A stretch of DNA of 32,000 nucleotides from Pseudomonas sp. LS1212. GTDB lineage: Bacteria; Pseudomonadota; Gammaproteobacteria; Pseudomonadales; Pseudomonadaceae. The stretch spans positions 2,551,115-2,583,114 of the forward strand of contig NZ_CP102951.1 of NCBI RefSeq assembly GCF_024741815.1. The letters run 5' to 3'. The translations under genes were made by a program, and so were the position numbers. The notes under the pieces were generated by a model. That model had not been told where the DNA came from. It saw nothing but the letters and a program-made list of their open reading frames with translations, and searched no databases. Positions 16,764 through 25,075 of this stretch are shown here, in pieces; positions within the stretch are counted from its first letter, which is position 1; each line of letters opens with the position of its first letter.

Positions 16764-17060
16764 TTATGCCCCCTCACTCAGCAGGGCACGCTTGGCTGCC
16801 TTGGCGGCAACGGCTTTTGCGGCATTGGCGTCCTGTTCGGTCCTGACGTAGCAGGCAGCGAGAACGGCGCGAATGTCGGCCACCCGCCAGCCGACCGAAC
16901 GCGGGGCGATTTGCAGGGCTTTAGGGTAGATGCCGTCCTTGATCCCGTTCCACCATGAGGCGCGGGAGATGCCGACAAGGGCAATGACGACGGGCAGGCG
17001 GACGATTGCCGAATTAGGCAGGTCGTCGAAGTTCTTGATGGGATCGAAAGCAGTAGCCAC
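16764..17060 (-). CDS. alpA: AlpA-family phage regulatory protein / excisionase-like HTH
   Basis: IVRLPVVIALVGISRASWWNGIKDGIYPKALQIAPRSVGWRVADIRAVL matches the AlpA/Xis-type MerR-like HTH pattern (..LRLPEV...G.SRST.Y......FP.P..LG.R.VGW...EI..W.). GTG start with AGGAGG 9 nt upstream. Confidence 0.85.
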   Translation of the reverse strand: MATAFDPIKNFDDLPNSAIVRLPVVIALVGISRASWWNGIKDGIYPKALQIAPRSVGWRVADIRAVLAACYVRTEQDANAAKAVAAKAAKRALLSEGA

Positions 17061-17091
17061 GACGGCACTCCTCCTGATTTAAGGGAAAGAA

Positions 17092-17116
17092 TGCCTGTCT
17101 CCAGAAACTGCCTGTC
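17092..17116. promoter_or_regulatory. Direct repeat TGCCTGTC x2 in the int-alpA intergenic region (candidate operator)
   Basis: TGCCTGTC occurs at 17092-17099 and 17109-17116 (17-bp period), 32-56 nt upstream of the alpA start. Confidence 0.3.
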
Positions 17117-17219
17117 ACAGCTGACGCCACAGACGTGGATCGGCTTTTAACAAACCCCGGATGGGGAGGATGCCGTACCAATTACTTGAATGAATTTATA
17201 GTCCCTTGGATTTTGCTGG

Positions 17220-18434
17220 TCAAGGGTGGCACTCACGTGCTACAAGCAAACCGCACACGTAGTCGGCCCAGTGGTTCATCAGGCGTCGTCTTTCGGGCAG
17301 ATAGCGGGCCTTGTTGTAGACGCCTCTTACGCCACCAGCGATGTGAGCCAACTGCGCTTCGATGGCATCGGCATCGAACATCTGCTGATCACCCTCGCGG
17401 GCTTCATTCAGGTAGGTCGAAGCAATGTGCCGGAATCCGTGTACCGTTTGTTTACCGCCGTAACCTAAAAACTTCAGCGCATTTAATAGCGAATTACTGG
17501 AAATACCTTTTTGCTTTCCGCGCCCTGGCAGAATGAATTTGCTGGTGGGATGCATGGCTTTCAATTCATGCAAAATGTCCACCACTGGCGGACTCAGTGG
17601 CACCAATAGCGGCTTGTCTTTTTTCATCCTTTCACTGGGGATTTCCCACAACAGATTTTTAAAATCGAATTCGCTCCATTCGGCCTGGAGCAATTCGTTT
17701 GCCCTTGTGAAAACCAATATGACCAATTGCAACGCCAACCGGGTTTCGCGGAACTTGTACGTAGCGATTTTCTTGACCAGTTCGGGAAATTCTTTCTGGC
17801 TGACATGCGCCCGGTTTTTCGTTTTGGGGATCTTCAATGCCCCTTCGCGGCCTACGGCCACGTTGTGCACCAGCCTCCCGTTGTTGATGGCGAAGTCGAG
17901 AATGGCGCGGATGCTACCCAATAGCCGAAAGGCGAATGCGGTAGCCCCCGTGGCCTGGACCTTTTTGAGTACGGTGATAATGTCCGGCGCCTCGATTGCT
18001 GTGACCGGCATCGTGCCCAGGAGGGGGAAGGCATGGGTCTCCAAGGCGCTCCAGACGTTGCGGGCATACTTGGTGGACCATAGGTGTGCCCGGCTCTCGT
18101 ACCATTCCTTGGCGAAGGCTGAGAAGGTATCAGCCTTGGCCTGCCTGTCATCGCGGACCTGCTGTTGCTTCACCAAGGACGGGTCCTTGCCCGCCTTCAA
18201 TGTCTCGCGCATGCCATCGGCTTTCTTGCGGGCTTGGGCAAGGCTGGTGGCCGGATAGGCACCGAGGCCCAACAGCTTTTCCTTGCCGTCGATGTAGTAC
18301 CTGAACCGCCAGTACTTGGCGCCGGTAGCAAAGACCCACAGGTATACGCCATCGCCGTCGCTGAGCTTGAGGATCTTCTGCCCGTCAGGGCAGGTAGCGT
18401 TCCGGCATTTCACATCAGTCAGCTTCGTGGTCAT
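17220..18434 (-). CDS. int: Tyrosine-type site-specific integrase, P4/CP4-57-like (DUF4102 N-terminal domain)
   Basis: The N-terminus MTTKLTDVKCRNA..KILKLSDGDGVYLWVFATGAKYWRFRYYIDGKEKLLGLGAYPATSLAQARKKA is the typical P4-integrase arm-binding domain. The catalytic region has FTRANELLQAEW (Arg), HGFRHIAST (HxxR) and VRGVYNKARY (Tyr). The ATG at 18434 is preferred over the GTG at 18476. Confidence 0.95.
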   Translation of the reverse strand: MTTKLTDVKCRNATCPDGQKILKLSDGDGVYLWVFATGAKYWRFRYYIDGKEKLLGLGAYPATSLAQARKKADGMRETLKAGKDPSLVKQQQVRDDRQAKADTFSAFAKEWYESRAHLWSTKYARNVWSALETHAFPLLGTMPVTAIEAPDIITVLKKVQATGATAFAFRLLGSIRAILDFAINNGRLVHNVAVGREGALKIPKTKNRAHVSQKEFPELVKKIATYKFRETRLALQLVILVFTRANELLQAEWSEFDFKNLLWEIPSERMKKDKPLLVPLSPPVVDILHELKAMHPTSKFILPGRGKQKGISSNSLLNALKFLGYGGKQTVHGFRHIASTYLNEAREGDQQMFDADAIEAQLAHIAGGVRGVYNKARYLPERRRLMNHWADYVCGLLVARECHP

Positions 18435-18450
18435 GGCGGCAGCCCTTTCT

Positions 18451-18496
18451 GTGGTATCTGCCTCAATTAATACCACGGTCGCCTGTGAGATACCAC
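18451..18496. promoter_or_regulatory. Inverted repeat GTGGTATCT ... AGATACCAC upstream of int
   Basis: 9-bp arms at 18451-18459 and 18488-18496, with a related TACCAC at 18471-18476. It abuts the int SD, so it could be an operator or a recombinase arm site. Confidence 0.35.
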
Positions 18497-18521
18497 TAGA
18501 TTCAACTGGATTACCCTAGAC

Positions 18522-18563
18522 ACTAAAAAGGGCTGTAACCCAGCAGCGGCAAGGGTTGCAGCC
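18522..18563 (-). terminator. Intrinsic terminator-like hairpin (minus strand) between attR and int
   Basis: On the minus strand: GGCTGCAACCC-(11-nt loop)-GGGTTACAGCC (11-bp stem, one mismatch), followed by CTTTTTA. Confidence 0.45.
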
Positions 18564-18633
18564 GTCTAGCTCAAGCGTTCATGGGCTACTTCGACTGTCG
18601 TTAATGCAGCCAACTTCAATGGCCAAAAGCCAA

Positions 18634-18645
18634 CGATTGATCCGG
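18634..18645 (+). repeat. Candidate attR core (CGATTGATCCGG)
   Basis: Exact direct repeat of 7864-7875. It lies inside the N-terminal coding homology of isochorismatase paralog B (..KPTIDPADT..). Confidence 0.55.
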
Positions 18646-18656
18646 CCGACACGGCC

Positions 18657-19277
18657 ATGTTGCTGATCGACCATCAAAGTGGCTTGTTCCAGATCGTGAA
18701 GGATATTGAGGTCCCGCAACTTCGAGCGAATGCAATTGCCCTGGCCAAGGCCGCCAGGCTGTTGAACATCCCTGTCATTACCACCGCCTCCGTACCGCAG
18801 GGCCCGAATGGCCCGTTGATTCCCGAGATCCAGGAAGCCGCGCCGCATGCGCAGTACGTTGCCCGTCGCGGTGAAATCAATGCCTGGGACAACCCCGAAT
18901 TTGTCGCGGCCGTAGAAGCCACCGGCAAGAAAACCCTGGTGATCGCCGGCACCTTGACCAGCGTCTGCCTGGCATTCCCCTCCATCAGTGCAGTGCACGC
19001 CGGCTACAAGGTGTTCGCCGTGGTCGATGCCAGCGGCAACCATTCGAAACTGGCCACTGAGCTGACCATTGCGCGCCTGGCGCAGGCTGGCGCGGTGCCG
19101 ATCGACATCATGGCGACCCTCTCGGAACTGCAAGGTTCGTGGAACCGGCCAGATGCGCAGGAGTGGGCTAAGGTCTATACCCAGGCCATGCCTCACTACC
19201 AGTTGCTCATCGAAAGTTACATCAAGGCTCAGGAGGTCGCGAACAACCACGAAGAGCTTGATTCGCAACGTAAATAA
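18657..19277 (+). CDS. Isochorismatase-family protein, paralog B (integration target; native 5' end disrupted)
   Basis: 206 aa from the first in-frame ATG, highly similar by eye to paralog A. In-frame homology extends upstream to ~18585 ([24 protein letters not shown]) with no in-frame start. The ATG at 18581 is one base out of frame (ATGGGCT). Confidence 0.8.
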   Translation: MLLIDHQSGLFQIVKDIEVPQLRANAIALAKAARLLNIPVITTASVPQGPNGPLIPEIQEAAPHAQYVARRGEINAWDNPEFVAAVEATGKKTLVIAGTLTSVCLAFPSISAVHAGYKVFAVVDASGNHSKLATELTIARLAQAGAVPIDIMATLSELQGSWNRPDAQEWAKVYTQAMPHYQLLIESYIKAQEVANNHEELDSQRK

Positions 19278-19352
19278 GCGCTGTCCAACCGGGTGAAACC
19301 GATCCGTTTCGATGGGCGCCAGACGGTTCCCATGACCTAAAGGAGAATGAAA

Positions 19353-19979
19353 ATGTCCACAGCCTACAAACGTCTCGACAAGGATCAAGCGGCCGTATTG
19401 TTGGTCGATCACCAGACCGGCCTGCTGTCGCTGGTTCGCGATATCGAGCCGGACAAGTTCAAGAACAACGTGTTGGCATTGGCCGACCTTGCCAAGTACT
19501 TCAAGCTGCCGACCATTCTGACCACCAGTTTCGAGAACGGCCCGAACGGTCCGCTGGTACCGGAGTTGAAGGCACAGTTCCCTGATGCGCCGTACATCGC
19601 CCGGCCGGGCCAGATCAATGCCTGGGATAACGAAGATTTCGTCAAGGCGATCAAGGCGACCGGCAAGAAACAATTGATCATCGCGGGCGTCGTCACCGAG
19701 GTGTGCGTGGCGTTCCCGGCGCTGTCGGCGATCGAGGCGGGCTACGACGTATTCGTGGTGACCGACGCCTCGGGCACCTTCAATGAAATCACCCGGCATT
19801 CGGCCTGGAACCGCATGTCCGAAGCCGGTGCACAGCTGATGACCTGGTTCGGCCTGGCCTGCGAACTGCATCGCGACTGGCGCAACGATGTGGAAGGGTT
19901 GGGCACGCTGTTCTCCAACCACATTCCGGATTACCGCAACCTGATCACCAGCTACAGCACACTGACCGCAGGCAAGTAA
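19353..19979 (+). CDS. ycaC: Isochorismatase-family hydrolase YcaC
   Basis: Close to E. coli YcaC along its full length as I recall it (..AAVLLVDHQTGLLSLVRDIEPDKFKNNVLALADLAKYFKLPTILTTSFENGPNGPLVPELKAQFPDAPYIARPGQINAWDNEDFVKA..). The ATG at 19353 has AGGAG 7 nt upstream. Confidence 0.9.
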   Translation: MSTAYKRLDKDQAAVLLVDHQTGLLSLVRDIEPDKFKNNVLALADLAKYFKLPTILTTSFENGPNGPLVPELKAQFPDAPYIARPGQINAWDNEDFVKAIKATGKKQLIIAGVVTEVCVAFPALSAIEAGYDVFVVTDASGTFNEITRHSAWNRMSEAGAQLMTWFGLACELHRDWRNDVEGLGTLFSNHIPDYRNLITSYSTLTAGK

Positions 19980-20034
19980 AACGCTCGTCAGGGGCTGGTC
20001 GGTTGATCAGCCTTTGACGCAAAGGAGTGAGTTC

Positions 20035-20439
20035 ATGAGTGGGTCCATTGTTCGAGCGGTACAGGACGGCATCCCTTATCAAGTGGAGCTGAGCGATGGC
20101 GTGCATCAATGGCTGGCAGACGAAAGTGCTCAATTGGGCGGCAAGGATTCGGGCCCCAATCCTCATCAACTGTTGTTGTCGGCGCTCGGCGCCTGCACTG
20201 CCATCACCTTGGCCATGTATGCCCAGCGCAAGGAAATCCCGCTCAAGGGCATCGATGTACAATTGAGTATCCTCAAGGAAGAAGGGCGACCTGAAGTCCA
20301 TACCGAGATATCGCGCTCGATTACCTTGAACGGGGACCTCGACGACAAGCAGCGCCAGCGTTTGCTGGAGGTCGCCAACGTCTGCCCGCTGCACAAGCTG
20401 CTGAGCGGGACTATCCGGATCGACAGCCAACTGACCTGA
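20035..20439 (+). CDS. OsmC/Ohr-family peroxiredoxin-like protein
   Basis: GGKDSGPNPHQLLLSALGACTAITLAMYAQRK .. VANVCPLHKLL shows the two conserved Cys contexts of OsmC. AAGGAG SD upstream of the ATG at 20035. Confidence 0.85.
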   Translation: MSGSIVRAVQDGIPYQVELSDGVHQWLADESAQLGGKDSGPNPHQLLLSALGACTAITLAMYAQRKEIPLKGIDVQLSILKEEGRPEVHTEISRSITLNGDLDDKQRQRLLEVANVCPLHKLLSGTIRIDSQLT

Positions 20440-20450
20440 AAGAACAGACC

Positions 20451-21401
20451 ATGAGCAATCAAGAAACCCACTGCCATTTGTCGACCTCTTCGGACTGTCC
20501 GATAGAGGAGGGACTGCGTGTCATACAACGGGTGACCGCGCGTACGGCCGAGGTCGGTGGCGGCATTCCCGTCAGCCGGGTGATGCCGTCGCGGCAGCGT
20601 CGCAAGATTGGAGCCTGGTGTTTTCTCGATCATGCCGGCCCCGCGGTTTTTCAAAGTCGGGGTGGCCTGCGTGTGGGGCCGCACCCGCATATCGGCTTGC
20701 AGACCTTCACCTGGATGATCGAAGGCCAGGTGCTGCACCGTGACAGCCTGGGCAACGTCCAGGTGATCCGGCCAGGGCAGGTCAATCTCATGACCGCCGG
20801 GCGGGGCATCACCCATACCGAAGAATCCCTGCTCGACGAACATCATTTGCACGCGGCGCAGTTGTGGATTGCCTTGCCCGAATCGGACAAGCATTGCACG
20901 CCGGCCTTCGATCATTATCCCGACCTGCCGGTATGGTCCCAGGACGGGCTGCAGATCACGCTGCTGGCCGGCAGCTTTGCCGGAAGAACGGCACCGACCC
21001 GGCTCTTTTCAGCGCTGGTGGGACTCGACCTGGCCAGCCAGGGCGCCGTCGATACCGGGCTCATTCTCGATCCGGCCTTCGAATACGGCGTGCTGATACT
21101 CGAAGGTGCCGTGGAGGTGAACGGGCAAACCTTTACCAGCGACGAACTGGCCTACCTGGGCCGCGGCCTGCACGATGTCCAGCTGCAAACATCCGGGGCT
21201 TGCCGGGCGCTGCTGCTGCTGGGCGGCGAGCCTTTTGCCGAGGAAATCCTGATGTGGTGGAACTTCGTCGGCCATGACAAGCGGGAAATGGCTGAGGCGC
21301 TGCAGGACTGGAACAACCGCAACCTCGACCGTTTTGGCGATGTGGCCGGTTACGACGGGCCTCGACTGGTCGCTCCGGAACTGCCCTGGAGACAGGTGTA
21401 A
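20451..21401 (+). CDS. Pirin-family protein (bicupin)
   Basis: GPHPHIGLQTFTWMIEGQVLHRDSLGNVQVIRPGQVNLMTAGRGITHTEES is the pirin N-terminal cupin metal-binding motif. Confidence 0.9.
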   Translation: MSNQETHCHLSTSSDCPIEEGLRVIQRVTARTAEVGGGIPVSRVMPSRQRRKIGAWCFLDHAGPAVFQSRGGLRVGPHPHIGLQTFTWMIEGQVLHRDSLGNVQVIRPGQVNLMTAGRGITHTEESLLDEHHLHAAQLWIALPESDKHCTPAFDHYPDLPVWSQDGLQITLLAGSFAGRTAPTRLFSALVGLDLASQGAVDTGLILDPAFEYGVLILEGAVEVNGQTFTSDELAYLGRGLHDVQLQTSGACRALLLLGGEPFAEEILMWWNFVGHDKREMAEALQDWNNRNLDRFGDVAGYDGPRLVAPELPWRQV

Positions 21402-21444
21402 GTCGTCGATTTTTTGCTGCTCATTGCCGCAGCGGCGGCGTCGA

Positions 21445-22089
21445 TCAAAGGGTTGCAGTCTGATCGGGTGTGGCGATGCCTTTCATGAAAATGGCGATGG
21501 CCTCTTCGATCAGGCGGTCTTGTTCGGCCTGCGAGGGGATATCCAGCAGCCCCAGCAGGCAGCGCAACTGAAGATCGCCTGTCAATCCGTCGAGGAAAAA
21601 CACTGCGCGGGTGTGAGCGTCGCCAGGCGTGATCAAGCCCGCGCCGTCGGCCCAGGTGAAGTACTCGGCCAGGCACCGATAGGCCGTGGCCGGCGCTGCG
21701 GCGAAGAACGACCGCGCCGCTTCCGGGGCGCGTGGCGCCTCGGCAACCACCAGTCGATGCAGCGCAAGGGTCCTCGGCGCCAACACCACCCCGATGAACT
21801 TATAGGCAATCGTCGACAACGCTTCGCCCAATGGCAATCGTTTCAGGTCCAGGTGGGTGAGGGGGGTGACGTTCTCGGCGCAGAGGTGCTCGATGATCGC
21901 AGCAAATAGCCCGTCCTTGTCACCGAAATAGGCATAGATCGTACGCTTGGAGCCACCGATCCTGGCAATGATCCCGTCCACGCTGACGCCGGCATAGCCG
22001 TCCTCAAGGAACATTTCGCTCGCCGTGTGGAGAATGGCTTGGCGTTTTTCTACTTGTCTGGGCCGCTGCATGAAGGAGTCGTCTTTCAA
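21445..22089 (-). CDS. TetR-family transcriptional regulator
   Basis: N-terminal HTH RQAILHTASEMFLEDGYAGVSVDGIIARIGGSKRTIYAYFGDKDGLF. It is divergent from the FAH-family gene. Confidence 0.85.
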   Translation of the reverse strand: MKDDSFMQRPRQVEKRQAILHTASEMFLEDGYAGVSVDGIIARIGGSKRTIYAYFGDKDGLFAAIIEHLCAENVTPLTHLDLKRLPLGEALSTIAYKFIGVVLAPRTLALHRLVVAEAPRAPEAARSFFAAAPATAYRCLAEYFTWADGAGLITPGDAHTRAVFFLDGLTGDLQLRCLLGLLDIPSQAEQDRLIEEAIAIFMKGIATPDQTATL

Positions 22090-22272
22090 AGGTTAGGTAC
22101 GGTACGGGTGAGTTCTGCTGCGCGCAGAAACCTTCGTAGACTAACGATCAACACTCGCGCTGACCAGTGTCCTTCCAAGTCGCCAACAGAATAAAACCTC
22201 CTCGATAAAGCACAAAAACCTCTTGAGCAGGGATTGACAGCGCCTGCCTGGGAGGATTAGTTTTGTCGAAAG

Positions 22273-22293
22273 GGTACGGTAACGTACCGTACC
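22273..22293. promoter_or_regulatory. 21-bp palindrome GGTACGGTA-ACG-TACCGTACC (candidate TetR operator)
   Basis: 9-bp perfect arms in the TetR/FAH divergent intergenic region. A related GGTACGGTAC occurs at 22096-22105, next to the tetR start. Confidence 0.4.
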
Positions 22294-22330
22294 GTAATGC
22301 CTAACCATAAAAACAACAGAGGTAGTACTC

Positions 22331-23192
22331 ATGCGTTTCGTGCGATTCATGGAAAACAGCCACAAGGGCCTGGCTGTGGAAGAGGCTGGCGTGCTCAGAG
22401 GGCTGTTGGAGAACGAGCCCGGTTATCCGGGTAGCCTCCACGATTTGCTGACGGCAGGGCCGACAGCGCTAAAGGCGGCGTACCGGCAGCTGCGCGACGC
22501 GCGGTTGATCGACCAGGCCGCTATCACCTTGCTCCCTCCGATCGAACGCCCGTCGAAGATCGTCTGCGTAGGCCTCAACTACGCCGATCACACCAAGGAG
22601 AGCCCTTACGAGCAGCCCGCTTACCCCACCTTCTTTCCCGGCCTCAACCTTAATCGGTCACGACAGCGCCATCGTGCGTCCGCGTGTCTCCGAGCAGCTC
22701 GACTTCGAAGGTGAGTTGGCCGTGATCATCGGCGTGGGAGGACGACACATTGCCAAGGAGCGCGCGCTCGAACATGTCGCCGGATATTCCATATTCAATG
22801 AAGCTTCGGTACGGGACTATCAGTTCAAGTCGCCGCAATGGACGATCGGTAAAAACTTCGACGCAACGGGTGCCTTCGGTCCGTCCTTCGTCAGTGCCGA
22901 CGAACTGCCGCCAGGTGCAGCAGGGCTAGGCCTGGTCACGCGGCTGAACGGCCAGGTGGTCCAGCAGTGCAATACTGCCGACATGATCTTCAGCGTCGCC
23001 GACATAATTGCCATCCTCAGCGAGGCGGTGACACTCGAACCCGGCGACGTCATCGTCACCGGAACTCCGGCCGGCATCGGTTGGGCCCGTCGTCCTCCAT
23101 TGTTCATGAAACCGGGCGACCTCTGCACCGTGGAGATCGAGGGACTTGGTACCTTGAGCAATGCCATCGCCGACGAGACTCATCCGGCCTAA
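22331..23192 (+). pseudogene. Fumarylacetoacetate hydrolase (FAH)-family hydrolase/isomerase, interrupted by a +1 frameshift
   Basis: The N-terminal part (..KIVCVGLNYADHTKESPYEQPAYPTFFP) is in one frame. The remainder (ASTLIGHDSAIVRPRVSEQLDFEGELAVIIG..GDVIVTGTPAGIG..) is in the +1 frame. Removing one base in CCCGGCC (22637-22643) restores PTFFPASTLIGHD. Confidence 0.75.
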
Positions 23193-23338
23193 GCCCACGC
23201 GACTGCCATTCACTCGAACGCGTCACCGCCATGGCCGTGCGGCGCAACCCCACGCCCTGGTGACCGGCGCCTGAACTGTGTGTTGCCTGACCCACCCCCG
23301 GATGCGTGTACCGGGGGTAGGGCAGAGGAGGAACTGCC

Positions 23339-24304
23339 GTGCTCCAGCTTGAAGACATTAACCATGTCGTGTACTGCCATCCTGACCTGGATGTGATTGA
23401 AAGATTTCTGACCGATTTCGGGCTGGTCGTCGCCCAGCGCACCGAGCAACATCTTTATATGCGAGGGGCCGGCTCATTGCCCTATGTGTATGTCGCCGAG
23501 CGTGCCGAGCGCGCCAGCTTTGGCGCCATTGCCTTTGCCGTAAAAGGGATGGCCGACCTCGAGCAGGCAAGCCGATTGCCGGGGGCTTCTCGGATCGAAG
23601 CGCTTGAGGGGCCAGGAGGTGGGCAGCGAGTTTCGCTGACAGACCCGGCTGGCCGGCGCATCGACCTGGTCCATGGCATCGAACCGGTGCAGCCCTTGTC
23701 GATCCGCCCGGGACTGACTCACAACACGGCCATCGAAAAGCGTCGGCTGGGTGTCGCACAACGGCCGCCCAAGGGGCCGGCGCAAGTCTTGCGCATCGGT
23801 CATGCAGCGATCGGCGTCCGGGACCTGCATACAAACCTGGAGTGGTACACGCGCACCTTGGGCCTGCTGCCCTCGGACCTGGTCGTGGAAGGAGGCAAGG
23901 ACAATCCTGTCGCAGCCTTCCTGCGCATCAACCGCGGCAGTGAGTGGACCGATCATCACACCATTGCCTTGTTCACCGCCGATGAAGACCGCATTCACCA
24001 CGCCTCCTTCGAAGTGCAGGACTTCGATGCCCAATGCCAGGGTCACCACTGGATGGTCGCGCAAGGCTGGTCGCCGTTCTGGGGCGTGGGCAGGCATTTG
24101 CTGGGTAGTCAGATCTTCGATTACTGGCTGGATCCGTCCGGCAACATCATCGAGCACTTCACCGATGGCGATCAGTACAACCAGCATTCTCCTCTGGGTT
24201 ATACCGCCTCCTGCGACTCCAGCCTGTACCAGTGGGGGCCCCAGATGTCGGTGGAGAACTTTCTCGGCGGGGTCTGCGAGATCGAGCGCAACGCCCGGCG
24301 CTGA
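23339..24304 (+). CDS. VOC-superfamily (glyoxalase/extradiol dioxygenase-like) two-domain protein
   Basis: 321 aa. Two VOC-type modules: INHVVYCHPDLDVIERFLTDFGL and IGHAAIGVRDLHTNLEWYTRTLGLLPSD, with HHASFEV. GTG start with GAGGAGG upstream. The substrate is unknown. Confidence 0.7.
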   Translation: MLQLEDINHVVYCHPDLDVIERFLTDFGLVVAQRTEQHLYMRGAGSLPYVYVAERAERASFGAIAFAVKGMADLEQASRLPGASRIEALEGPGGGQRVSLTDPAGRRIDLVHGIEPVQPLSIRPGLTHNTAIEKRRLGVAQRPPKGPAQVLRIGHAAIGVRDLHTNLEWYTRTLGLLPSDLVVEGGKDNPVAAFLRINRGSEWTDHHTIALFTADEDRIHHASFEVQDFDAQCQGHHWMVAQGWSPFWGVGRHLLGSQIFDYWLDPSGNIIEHFTDGDQYNQHSPLGYTASCDSSLYQWGPQMSVENFLGGVCEIERNARR

Positions 24305-24352
24305 CCGGGTTCAACGTTGCAATGGCTCAGTGTTAACGACAGGAGAGATACA

Positions 24353-24976
24353 ATGAACGAACCGGTGAACGATCACTGTCTGGATTTATTGTTTCGCAAG
24401 GCCCGTAGCCAGAACGGCTGGCTCGACAAACCCGTGCGCGATGAAACCCTTAAAACGCTGTACGACCTGGTGCGTTGGGGGCCGACCAGTGCCAACAGTT
24501 GCCCGGCCAGGATCGTGTTCTTGCGCACGCCCCAGGCCAAGCAACGGTTGCTGCCGGCATTGAGTGCCGGGAATGTGGAAAAGACCCTGAGCGCGCCGGT
24601 CACGGCGGTCATCGGCTACGACATGGCCTTCTATGATCAGTTGCCCAAATTGTTTCCCCACCATCCCGGCGTGCGCGAGTGGGTCCTCGAACAGCCTGAA
24701 TTGATCGAAGCCACTGCGTTGCGCAACAGCTCGATGCAGGGCGCCTACTTCATTCTGGCGGCGCGTGCCCTGGGCCTCGATTGCGGGCCGATGTCTGGGT
24801 TTGAACATGCCAGGGTGGATAACGAGTTTTTCCCGCAGCAACGATCGTTGCGAGACTGTTTTGCAGACATGCAGATCAAGTCGAACTTTATCTGCAACCT
24901 GGGATATGGCGATCCCAGCAAAGTATTCGCACGAAGTCCGCGCCTGGACTTTGACGAGGCCTGCGTACTTTTATAA
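24353..24976 (+). CDS. Nitroreductase-fold malonic semialdehyde reductase, RutE family
   Basis: Aligns with E. coli RutE as I recall it: WGPTSANSCPARIVFLRT, LSAPVTAVIGYD, FRNSSMQGAYFILAARALGLDCGPMSGF, NLGYGDPSKVFARSPRLDFDEACVLL. Confidence 0.85.
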   Translation: MNEPVNDHCLDLLFRKARSQNGWLDKPVRDETLKTLYDLVRWGPTSANSCPARIVFLRTPQAKQRLLPALSAGNVEKTLSAPVTAVIGYDMAFYDQLPKLFPHHPGVREWVLEQPELIEATALRNSSMQGAYFILAARALGLDCGPMSGFEHARVDNEFFPQQRSLRDCFADMQIKSNFICNLGYGDPSKVFARSPRLDFDEACVLL

Positions 24977-25075
24977 CCCAGTAATCATGTGACTGACCCC
25001 CAGCCGACAGATGAAGGCGGCATGCCGTCGCCTTCGAATCGTACGGGCAAAACAATAACAACAAGGAAAACATCG

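Larger units (their letters stand above)
7864..18645. mobile_element. Integrated ~10.8-kb genomic island, candidate phage satellite (PICI / P4 / CP4-57-like architecture)
   Basis: Flanked by 12-bp direct repeats. It contains a tyrosine integrase, an AlpA-type HTH protein, a primase-polymerase/ATPase replicase and an iteron plus AT-rich block. These are followed by 12 co-oriented compact ORFs with overlapping or abutting junctions. No capsid, tail, large terminase or conjugation genes were recognised. Confidence 0.85.

Noticed and set aside
18579-19922. 447-aa ORF on the minus strand
   Set aside because: It is entirely antisense to two well-supported isochorismatase-family genes. Its product is Arg/Gly/His/Gln-rich low complexity, a typical shadow ORF of high-GC DNA.
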